This document shows positions 39,457 through 49,979 of a DNA stretch of 64,000 nucleotides, one piece after another. Source of the DNA: Octopus sinensis (lineage: Eukaryota); the NCBI RefSeq assembly GCF_006345805.1, contig NC_042997.1:208382001-208446000 (forward strand), in the 5' to 3' direction. Every line of letters starts with the position of its first letter. The first letter of the stretch is position 1. The translations under genes were made by a program, and so were the position numbers. Under the pieces are notes generated by a model, which saw nothing but the letters and a program-made list of their open reading frames with translations, did no database searches and was not told where the DNA came from.

Positions 39457-39996
39457 TATCAGTCATCCCATAAGTTCTGGCAGAATTTTGAATAAAGAAA
39501 ACAAGTGATCAAATGTTGTATGGTTTGAACTAAGCTTTATTGCCAATTCTTCAGCTGATAATGCAGGATTTTCTTCAAGTAATGCCTCAAGGAGCTTATC
39601 ATCAAACTCAACTGGACGTCCTGTTCGATCTTCAACTTCAAGGCTGAAATCTCCACTTCTGAATTTTGCAAACCATTTTCTGCAAGTTCTTTCATTCAAG
39701 CATTCTTTCCTATAAACTGAGTGTATGTTACGAGTCGCTTCGGCTGCAGAGTTTCCTTTTTTGTACTCATAAAGCATTATGTGCCTTAAATGCTCTTTGG
39801 ATACTTCCATATTAGAAAGGGTTTTAATCAAAGAAATTTTAATTCTATTATTCTGTAAAATAGTATTTAATTAGTTTAAATATACACAAATGCATAAAAA
39901 TATTTTTTTATTCCATTAGACATTCTAAAATACTATTAAATTGCATTCAATTTGAAAAAAGGTAAAAGCGGACAGGTAAAATGGGATGACCTGATA
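39457..39996 (-). mobile_element. Internally deleted mariner retaining both TIRs and the N-terminal HTH ORF
   Basis: TIRs tatca(g)gtcatcccat; ORF 39463-39831 EHLRHIMLYEYKKGNSAAEATRNI..WFAKFRSGDFSLE..RTGRP. Confidence 0.9.
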
Positions 39997-41371
39997 CATA
40001 AAAAATAGTATATCCATTTCCATTAATGCGAAGCTAATATTTATGGTTTTTCACTGATACACTTATTTAATGCTCTTAGCATGTAACCGGCCGAAACTGT
40101 AAGGCTGATCTGGAAACTTGACTGATGAGAGAAGGCTGCAAATGACCCGTCTTTGTTTTTCCTGTCCGTCTTTGTTTTTCCTGTCCGTCTTTGTATCGTT
40201 TATCTGTCAGGATATTTAATTGTCGTCTGTTGCACTCTTGGTCCTTTTTCTTTTTTTTCGATTTATATATACATATAGCGACGTATGTACAATTTTGCTC
40301 ACCTTGTAACGTGTCTGTGTGTAGCTTTAATGTAGCTAAGTAAAGAGTTTGACGTAACATAACCGAAGTTTCACATAATTATTTAGCTTTTAGAATAGTT
40401 GTTGATATTGGTGAAGGGGGATTGTTTAGTGGTAGAGGTGCTCCTGTCGTTGGTGGTTGTCATGGACGTAGTAGTAGTAGTAGTAGTAGTAGTAGTAATA
40501 GTAGTAGTAGTAGTAGTAGTAGTTGTGGTATTCTTGTTGCACTTGGTGGTGGTACAGTGATGCTATTGTTGTTGTTGATGCTGTTGTTGATCATTGTGAT
40601 CATGGAGCCAGCGCTCTTGCCGGTGATGGTCGTGGTCGTTGAGTGATGCACGTGGTATTAGTACTTTTGTTGTTGTTGTTATTGTTACCGGCGGTGGTGT
40701 TGGTGTTGGCGTTGGTGGTGGTGGTGGTGGCGTTGGTGTTGGTGGTGATGGTGGTGATGTTGGTGGTGGTGGTGGTGGTGGCGTTTGTGGCGGTGGTGGT
40801 GGTGGTGGTGGCGTTCCTGTGGTTGTTGTAGGTGGTGTTGTTGATGGTGTCGTGGTATATTTCCAGAGACGCATAACCATACGCATACATACGTACAAAC
40901 ACATGTACACATGTTCGCGCAAATATATATAATGTTTGCATGTGTACGCTTGTATTACAACTACCAATCTATCTATGTATACATTAATCATTGTATAAGC
41001 CTATGTGTTTTGTGTATCTCTGAAGATGCGTATATATATATATATATATATATATATAATCTGTGCATATATACAAAGGATTAATTCACCCTCTCTGTAA
41101 TGCTAATAAGCAGGAATTGAGACCTACCTCGTGTAATTAGCAATGGATAAATTTGTCTTCTGTGAGTATATAATCCCTCATCATATCTATGGAAATTCAT
41201 ATGGATTAGGTCACCTTCTCTGTGATGCTATCAAACTTTTTTTTAAAACTCTGTGATAAGACTGTACATCATCTTTAAAGAACTTTAATGAACTTTAGAA
41301 ATCTGTTAATTATCTACATTACTTCATGAGTATAGCCTCAAACACTAGGATGTCTAGAGAACTTACATGTA

Positions 41372-41462
41372 TTTTAGCTGATGAGTACGGGACTCGTTTA
41401 TATGCTGTAATCTTTGCAACTTTTAATAAAACCTGTCCTTGTATGAAACGATCGTACTAAAA
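41372..41462 (+). ncRNA. Type I hammerhead ribozyme motif with long stem II loop
   Basis: TTTTAG-CTGATGA-GTACGGGAC...GTCCTTGTAT-GAAA-CGATCG-TA-CTAAAA; palindromic helix III; GUA site; within a ~550-bp segment flanked by (TA)n (41060-41610). Confidence 0.8.
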
Positions 41463-41881
41463 ACCTATCCATTCTTGTTGCTTCTTTCTCGCTTATAATC
41501 ACCCCACATTACTGTATTGTTAAATCATATAGTTTTTTTTTTGGTGCATCTAAGTTAGGTACCATATTCAAGTAAATTTTTTTAAATTAACTTGAATCTT
41601 TATTGCTCTTTGTATATATATATATATATATATATATGTAGGCATGTGTGTACGGGAATATATATGTGTGCGTTTAGTTGTATGCTTGTATGTATGTATG
41701 TATGTATGTATGTATGTATGTATGTATATGTGTGTGTGTATGCATGTATGTATGTATGTATGTATGGATGGATGGATGGATGGATGGATGGATATGTGTG
41801 TGTGTATGCATGCATGTATGTATGCATGTATGTATGTATGTTTGTATGAATGTATGTATGTACGTATGTATTTATGTGTTT

Positions 41882-42072
41882 GTAATTTCTACTCTTCTCC
41901 TCTGGAAGCCATCTACTCGCAACACCAGAGGGCGCACACTCTCCTACCCTGATGTAATCTCCAGGGATACAGGCATCCAGCAACAGGACCTCTGTAATGC
42001 TATGATGGACCGTGAAGTCTGGCGCAACATGGTAAATTCCATTGTCTCGACCACGGTCGAACAATGATGATG
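41882..42072 (+). mobile_element. Short 3' end of the RTE-like LINE seen at 20841
   Basis: ISTLLLWKP..SYPDVISRDTGIQQQDL..VSTTVEQ followed by (tga)n. Confidence 0.85.
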
Positions 42073-42556
42073 ATTGTATCTATGCATGTATGTTTGTATA
42101 TATGTATGTATGTATGTTTGTATATATGTATTTATGTATGTTTGTATGTATGTGTATGTATGTATGTGTGTATCTGCAGATTTGTATGTTTTGTTTCATG
42201 TATGTATTCTCATGCATATAGTTACATATCTAGACATGCTCATATATATTTAAATGACAAAATTCTGGAAAGTTTTACTGATCTTTTACAGTTCCAGTGA
42301 TAGATTGGATCTGTAGTCTTCGAATTAGCTTTCTCCTTTCTGGCTTTGAGAAGCCTAATTTCTCAAATTGGTATTTAGGCAGCGTGTTACATATCTCAGG
42401 GCCCGAATAATTACAGGTATAAAACTGAACTCGTAATCTGGATTGAGTAACTGCAGATTTCTCAATAGTTCAGCGTAGGTGTCCTCTTTTTCATTGATCT
42501 TCAGCTTTACGTTAACATCCGCAAAGCAGCTAATTGTATGTATGTATGTATGTATG

Positions 42557-42590
<34 letters not shown>

Positions 42591-42626
42591 TATATGCATG
42601 GATAAGTGCCGGTGTAGCTCTCTATG

Positions 42627-42865
42627 TACAAGGGGATCTTGTAATGTTCCTGGCTTTGAGTAAAAAGAGAATAGAGGAGGATCAGTTAATTATGATTTTA
42701 TTCAAGATATTCCCCCCCCCACACCCCCGCTCTCAGATTCACCCACTTATTGCAGTGGTCCTTGAGTTTTTCTAAGACCGGTAAAAGAACTTGGAGGGTT
42801 GGGCCTCCAACAAAAGCCTTTCGCGAGACCTTTGAAGCCAGGAACTTTTCAGCACAATCCCCGCA
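42627..42865. mobile_element. Old mariner-derived MITE
   Basis: Imperfect TIRs (..gttcctggcttt / gaagccaggaac..); minus-strand LEKLKDHCNKWVNLR resembles a mariner C-terminus. Confidence 0.5.
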
Positions 42866-43497
42866 TGCATGTTCCTCTATTTGTGGATGGGAGGATATAT
42901 ACTTATGCATGCGCCTTTATACATACATACATTTATATGAATATATATAGGGAAAGTTTACGAAAAAAACAAAAGACGAAGACAGGTGGTGTACAAAACA
43001 AACAGGTGTATTAGTATAACGCTCAGGAATAGAAAAAGTCCTTTACGTTTCGAGCCTACGCTCTTCTACAGAAAGGCACACAGAAAAAACAAGGAAAGAA
43101 GCAATAAGAGAAAAAAATGTATGCAGTGGCTAACGATCTATCATGGCGTATGATCCTATGAACTCGGAAAAATTTAAAACAGAGAGTGACTTGCAAATAA
43201 ATGTGTTAACATGGGACATTATTGAGCGAAGTTACCGTGGTCTTTTCCGTAGGCTTTTCTTTCCACGGATAAACCTTACCTACTTCCCCCTTTACACTTT
43301 ACATCATGACATTTCTGTGATACACGATCCCTATTGATAGTTTTTTTTTCTTTCCTTTTTATGCTTGCTTTTGATCGAAAACCTACCCCACTTTTTTTTC
43401 TCCCCAAAAAGAAAAGCGCTACTTTGTAATTTGTCCCTTCTGTGTGCAGCCCTGTGTAGCTATAAGAAAACACACACACCACACACATATATATATA

Positions 43498-43528
<31 letters not shown>

Positions 43529-43531
43529 ATA

Positions 43532-43572
<41 letters not shown>

Positions 43573-43575
<3 letters not shown>

Positions 43576-43870
43576 CGAGAAAATGGAGGACAAATAACAA
43601 CCGAAGTGTGTCCTTTGCGCTAGTAAGCCATTATTTAATTTGTAAATAAAGGTGACTAATTAAATTATGTCTTACTAGCGCAGAAGACATACTTCTGTTT
43701 GTTATTTGTCCTCCGTTTTCTTCTCAGCTATGTAACTACGGTTACCTGCTAAATTACCTGCTGCCGTATACCTTTTACCAAGAAATATACCCTCTGAGGT
43801 AATTACCAGAAGTGCCTTTCGATATATCTATCCCTTAGAGGTTTTAAACACCTCTAACCTATACCTCTGT
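43573..43870. repeat. ~155-bp palindrome plus tail, flanked by (TA)n
   Basis: gaaaatggaggacaaataac..cgctagtaag / cttactagcg..gttatttgtcctccgttttc. Confidence 0.8.
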
Positions 43871-43899
43871 ATATATATATATATATACATATATCGGTA

Positions 43900-44130
43900 G
43901 TCAAGTGATGTTGGGGGGAAGGACACAGACACACAGACACTCACACACACAGATATATATACACATATACACGACGGGCATCTTTCAGTTTCCGTCTACC
44001 AAATCCACTGAGAAGGCTTTGGTCGGCGCCAGGCCATATCAGAAGACACTCGCCCAAGGTGCCACGCAGTGGGACTGAACCCAGAAACATTAAGTTCGGA
44101 AGCAACCTTCTTACCACACAGCCACTCCTG
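43900..44130 (-). mobile_element. SINE family A
   Basis: caggagtggctgtgtggtaagaag...ggatttggtagacggaaactgaaag on the minus strand. Confidence 0.85.
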
Positions 44131-44429
44131 TAAGATTCAGTTGAATAAAGTACTTGTTGAAGCACATCGCTAGGCCGGGACAATATAAACACAAAAATAC
44201 TATGATTGGTACAGAAGTACCGGCAGAATAATGTTCCTGTAGTGCATGAGGACCAATTTGACCCAGTTGCGTATATAATCCGCTCTTGAGATATTCAGAT
44301 ATGTACAGTTGATCAGATGATAAAATATACGGTCGATAATATACTTTAGAATTTGCGAAGGGCGTGTTCTGAGATAGGTGAATAAAACATAAGTAACAAT
44401 TGACCTGCCATCGTTACTTATATTTATAA

Positions 44430-44460
<31 letters not shown>

Positions 44461-44495
44461 TGTATGTATGTATGTATGTATGTATGTATGTATGT

Positions 44496-44580
<85 letters not shown>

Positions 44581-44846
44581 CAGATAGATATACTGGGTGT
44601 TCAAAATGTCTCTCTGCAGTAATATTCATAAGATGGTATAAGACTACAAAAGAATATATTTGTCTTTACAAGACTTTAACAAACTTTATAAGAGGTGTTG
44701 AAAGCATGTTGTCCTTCATTTTCAAGCTGAGTCTTTTACTCGTGTTTTGAATACATTCTTGAGAGTCTGACACTTGGAGAATCAGGATGAAAAACATTCA
44801 CTGCGGAAAAATTTTTGTACACTCTATACATACATACATACACAAT

Positions 44847-44895
<49 letters not shown>

Positions 44896-45040
44896 TATAT
44901 AGTACACAAACACAGAAAGAGTGACAGAGAGAAAAATACATGCATACATGTATGTATATATGTAAGTATATATGTACACTCGCACGTGTTTATTTGTTTA
45001 TATGTCAATGTGTGAGTATATACATATATATATATATATA

Positions 45041-46011
45041 CTAGCATTATGACCCGGCGTTGCCGGGCCATAGTGCTAGTTTGGTATAAATTTGTTAAAT
45101 TAAAAATTTGTGGTAATAAAACATACAATGACATATTAAAAAGACGAATTAAAATTCCAGAAAAAAATACATAGAAGATAAATATACAAATTTACAAAAT
45201 ACATAAAGTTCATCTACGGACCGTTTCGGAGACGCGCCAATTAATATGAAACATATATATTTAAAATTGACACTCTCCTCGTCAGGATGTTTTTTACACA
45301 CAACACATACTACACGGAAACAAATGCATAATTACATACCTGCTACATGCGAAAGACCAGACATTACGTACTCCCCAAAATTCTCCTAGATACTGAATGC
45401 TACTTTATAAGCATATAATTCAATCTAGCAGCTATAGTAAATGGTATGAGCACATCTCCATCTGGAATAATTCACTTCTGCACTCAATTAAATTTTTCAT
45501 CTTTTAATCTCTCCTATTCATGCAATGCCACATATTCCAGTTCAAGTCCTTGATACATTTTATACTAATTGCTATTTTTTCTTTTAATTGTTATATAACG
45601 ATTTAATTACCATTTTAATAAAATAAAATATATTTAATAACTACTTACTATATTTACTATATTTAACTCAATTGTTATTATTACCTCTAACTTTTATTGC
45701 AATTTTTATTTCTAAATTTTTTATGGAACGTCAAGTGGATCTTATGCGTACAATATATATCTTTATATGATGTTTATATATTTATATATTACTACATATT
45801 TCTAAACGTCGGGCTTTATGGCTGTTCTGTAGATAAAATGAATATATGAATATATGTATGTGTTTTGACGTTTTCTGTGGATTTTGTAGTGCTTTTGTAG
45901 TTCTGCTCGCATTGCCTCTCCTCGGATTAAAAAGTGCATACAGCTCATTTGAGCACTACTGTTCCAATCTGTTATATATTTTGAGCGTTGTTGTCACTAA
46001 CGATCTCAAGA

Positions 46012-46056
<45 letters not shown>

Positions 46057-46448
46057 CATCCATATACATACAATAGAGAATGTTTTTGTTTCACTTTTAA
46101 CACGTAATACTGAAATAGTGGAGAAATATGATATTGCTATGGGCTCACCCTAGGCAAGAAGTTAAACATTTTTTTGCCCATGATACAACATGGGCAAAAG
46201 TAAGGCATGTGTAAAATTTGAATGAAACTGGTTCTGTAGTTCTCAAGTTTTAGGGAATCAGAATGGAGAAGATATGATATTACTGTGGGCTCGCCCTAGG
46301 CAAAAAGTTAAAAAATTTTTGCCAATGACATTCCCCGGACCCTAAGTAAGGCATGTGTAAAATTTGAATGAAATTGGTTGCGTAGTTATCAAGTTTTAGG
46401 GAAACACACAGACAGACAGACACACATACTCAGTTTTATATATAGAGA
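45041..46448 (-). mobile_element. Non-autonomous Helitron (possibly composite)
   Basis: Minus strand starts tctctatatataaaactgag and ends with the cccggcaacgccggg hairpin then CTAG; internal ~140-bp tandem duplication at ~46120-46400. Confidence 0.75.
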
Positions 46449-46626
46449 TATATATATATGTGTGTGTGTATGTATATATATATATATAATACAAAAATGG
46501 GACAAGAACGCAAACTATGCAGACAGTTAGGTGTAACAAAAAAAGGAAAACAAAATATCCAGACAGACGTATACAAGTTTTCTATCCTCAGTCGAGTTCG
46601 AGATTATCTTTGCAATAAATATATTG

Positions 46627-46852
46627 CGGCGAGCCGGCAGAATTGTTAGCACGCCGGACAAAGTGCATAGCAGTATTTCCTCTGCCGTTACGTTCTGAGT
46701 TCAAATTCCGCCGAGGTCGACTTTGCCTTTCATCTTTTCGGGGTCGATTAAATAAGTACCAGTTATGCTCTGGGGCCGATGTAATCGACTTAATCCCTTT
46801 GTCTGTCCTTGTTTATCCCTCTATGTTTAGCCCCCTGTGGGTAATAAAGAAA
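46627..46852 (+). mobile_element. Meta-SINE-type element (family B), near full length
   Basis: gcggcgagccggcagaattgttagc..gagttcaaattcc..gcctttcatcttttcggggtcgattaaataagtaccag. Confidence 0.9.
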
Positions 46853-47243
46853 TAAATATATATATATTCACACGAGTGTATGTAGTCATACATGAATATA
46901 TACAATAAGTTCATATACATGCATATATGTGTGCGTGTGCGTGTGTGTATGTGTGTGTGTTAAAAGTATGTGTATGTGTGTGTGAGTGTGTGTATTTATC
47001 TTTGCATATGTGATTATACATACACACACACACACACACACACATACAACTAATCAATTAAGAGACGCGGTATAAACGGTTGTAAAAATTAATTAGAAAA
47101 TAAGGGTTAAATTGAAAGGGTTAGATGCTGAATGAAATGGGATATAGATAAGTAGATATTTCAGTTAAAAGAACGGTAAGGTGTAGTGGGGGGGGGCTAA
47201 GAGAGAAAAAAAAATAGCATAAAATATTAGAAATAAATATATG

Positions 47244-47900
47244 AATATTCAAAACTATAAATTAGGGAATCTGAGAGATACCACCACGCTGAAATAGCAG
47301 TCAAAACCTGACCATAAAGCCACATTAAATGTTCATATACGTTTGTATGGTTTTTATTCCCATGCTTGATAAGATCGATACTTAAATATCGATATTATTC
47401 TTATTTATAAATATATATATTTCGTCATTGTATTCACTGCGGTGTTTATTTTTGAGCATATCGCGCAGGGAGCTGTTAGGCGGGCAATTTAAGCTGGTCG
47501 TGTACATACGTGCATATATATGTATGTATGGGCGTTCGTATATGTAAGTATAACGTATGTTCTGTATATATGTATCTGTATTTATGTGCTTTCTGGTATA
47601 TTCAACTGAAGAAGGCAAAGCATCTCTTATGCAAAGTCAGAAATCCAGGATCTTGAATTATCCAGAAAAATCTTTTTTGCTACTTTATTTTGTCTCTCTG
47701 TCTACTCTCCTAGCGCGATATGAACATTTAATGCGGCTTTAGGGTCAGGGTTTTGACTGCTATTTCAGCGTGGTGGTATCTCTCAGATACCCTAATTTAT
47801 AGTTTTAAATAATTATTACCTTTGTATGATTTTTATTCCCATGCTGGCCACTTGATAAGATCGATACTGAAATATCAATATTATTTTTATTTATAAATTT
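47244..47900. mobile_element. PLE-type element with nested inverted (~95 bp) and direct (~75 bp) repeats around an HHR
   Basis: 47244-47338 is the reverse complement of ~47719-47815; 47342-47412 is repeated directly at 47821-47898. Confidence 0.75.
47591..47667 (+). ncRNA. Type I hammerhead ribozyme motif, variant stem II base
   Basis: TTCTGG..TTCAA-CTGAAGA-a GGC aaa GCAT ctctt ATGC aaa GTC a-GAAA-TCCAGGA-TC-TTGAA..CCAGAA; AUC site. Confidence 0.7.
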
Positions 47901-48149
47901 ATATGAATATTTAAATATTTTTGAGAACAAAAATTTGAAAAAAAGTTATAATAATAAATATGAAGACTCGAAGTGAATAAAATTGGCAGCACAATTAAGG
48001 CAATCGCTTGCATAATCAAACTCTCGTTATGTATTATTGTGTCCGAGATTTCACACTGAACGAGATCAGTGCGTAACTATTGCAACATGGCCGCCACGTT
48101 GACGACAGAACATACGTTGCTGTTAGATGCGACAGTACAGGTGTCAGGA

Positions 48150-48910
48150 TGGCTGCTGGTGGTGGTGGTGGCGGCGGCGGTGGTGGTGGTACTGGTGGTG
48201 GTGGTGGCGGTGGTGGTGGTGGTACTGGTGGTGGTGGTGGTACTGGTGGTGGTGGTGGTAGTGGTGGTGGTGCTGGTGCTGGTGATGGTGGAGGCGGCGG
48301 CGATTGGTAGTGGTGTTGTTGTTGGTGGTGGTGGTGATGGTGGTACCGGTGGTACTGGTGGTATTGATGGTGGTGGTGGTGGAGGCGACGGTGGCTGATA
48401 GTGGTGTTGTTGTTGGTGGTGGTGGTGCTGGTGGTGGTGGAGGAGGCGGCGGCGGTGGTGGTGGTACTGGTTGTGGCGGCGGTGGTGGTGGTACTGGTGG
48501 TGGCGGCGGCGGTAACGGCGGCGGTGGCGGCGGCGGTGGCGGCCGGCGGTGGCGGTGGCGGCGGCGGTGGCGGCGGTGGCGGCGGCGGTGGCGGCGGCGG
48601 TGGCGGTGGCGGCGGCGGTGGCGGCGGTGGCGCGGCGGTGGCGGCGGCGGTGCGGTGGCGGTGGTGCTAGTGGTGGTGGTACTGGTGGTGGTGATGGATG
48701 TGGTGGTGGCGTTGGTGATGGCACTGGTGGTGGTGATGTTGCTGATGGTGGTGGCCGTGGCGTTGGTGGTGGTGGTGGTGGTGGTGATGGTGGTGGTGGT
48801 GGTTGTGGTGGTGGTGGTGGAGTGGAGGTTGAAGTGCTGGTGCTACAGGTGGTGTTGATGGTATTGATGGTGTTGGTGCTAGTGGTGATGATCATGATGA
48901 TGATGATCAT
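48150..48910. repeat. (GGT)n/(GGC)n GC-rich trinucleotide tract
   Basis: Visible directly. Confidence 0.9.
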
Positions 48911-49551
48911 GACCCTGAACGGTAGAGGCGGTGGCAGTGGTAGGGGTGAACACGAGGATGGTGAACGACGAGACAAGAAGAAGGTAAAAGCGATTGCTCA
49001 CGCTTACGAGTATGGCGTTAGTGTAAGTATCGATGGTAGTGGTCATGGTGGGGCGGTTGTGAAGACAGCACTGAGGGATATGGCGGTGGTAGTGTGGATG
49101 ATGGGGTGATTTCAGACATAGATCGAAGGATATAAAACGACGGAGTTAAGACGATATTTGAAGCGAAAATATTTCTGTTGGAGATGATAGAAATATCATA
49201 CGCAGAGATAAAATGGCGGATACATAACTGTTGATTAAGTGAGCCACGGATAGATGGCGCTGGAGATGTTGATTTGTAGATGACGTGTAATCATAAAAAT
49301 ATAATGCGTCTTCTTGATATTGTTGTTGTTGTCGTCGCTAATGTTTAAGCGCAGGTCGTTCTTGATCAGGCAGACTTACACATACTTGTGTGTATATGTG
49401 CATGTGTATATATATATATATAATATATATATATATATATTATATATATATATAATATATATATATATACATATATATATACATATATACATATATATAT
49501 ATATCATATATATATATATGTGTGTGTGTGCGCGCGCGTGTATGTATTTGT

Positions 49552-49935
49552 AGTGGAGGCGCAATGCCCAGTGGTTAGGGCAGCGGACTCGCGGTCATAG
49601 GATCGCGGTTTCGATACCCAGACCGGGCGTTGTGAGTGTTTATTGAGCGAAAAACACCTAAAGCTCCACGAGGCTCCGGCAGGGGATGGTGGTGATCCCT
49701 GCGTACTCTTTCACCACAACTTTCTCTCACTCTTACTTGCTGTTTCTGTTGTACCTGTATTTCAAGGGGCCGGCCTTGTCACTCTCTGTGTCACGCTGAA
49801 TATCCCCGAGAAATACGTTAAGGGTACACGTGTCTGTGGAGTGCTCAGCCACTTACACGTTAATTTCACGAGCAGGCTGTTCCGTTGATCGGATCAACCG
49901 GAACCCTCGTCGTCGTAACCGACGGAGTGCTTCAA
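49552..49935 (+). mobile_element. tRNA-derived SINE, family C, full length
   Basis: A/B-box-like head cccagtggttagggcagcggactc..ggtttcgataccc; close to the inverted copy at 62378-62746. Confidence 0.9.
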
Positions 49936-49979
49936 AATAAAAATGTATTTGTATGTGCATATATATATATATATATATA

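Noticed and set aside
43038-43080. HHR-like CTGTAGA-AGAGC..GCTC-GAAACGTA on the minus strand
   Set aside because: A6 is mutated and stem I is weak; counted only as a degenerate relic
48069-49109. Pro/Gly/Ala-rich ORFs up to 299 aa
   Set aside because: Derived from GGT/GGC repeats; no domain or splice evidence
49555-49630. tRNA-like sequence (also at the heads of the other SINEs)
   Set aside because: SINE head; no complete cloverleaf, and it continues into a repeated body
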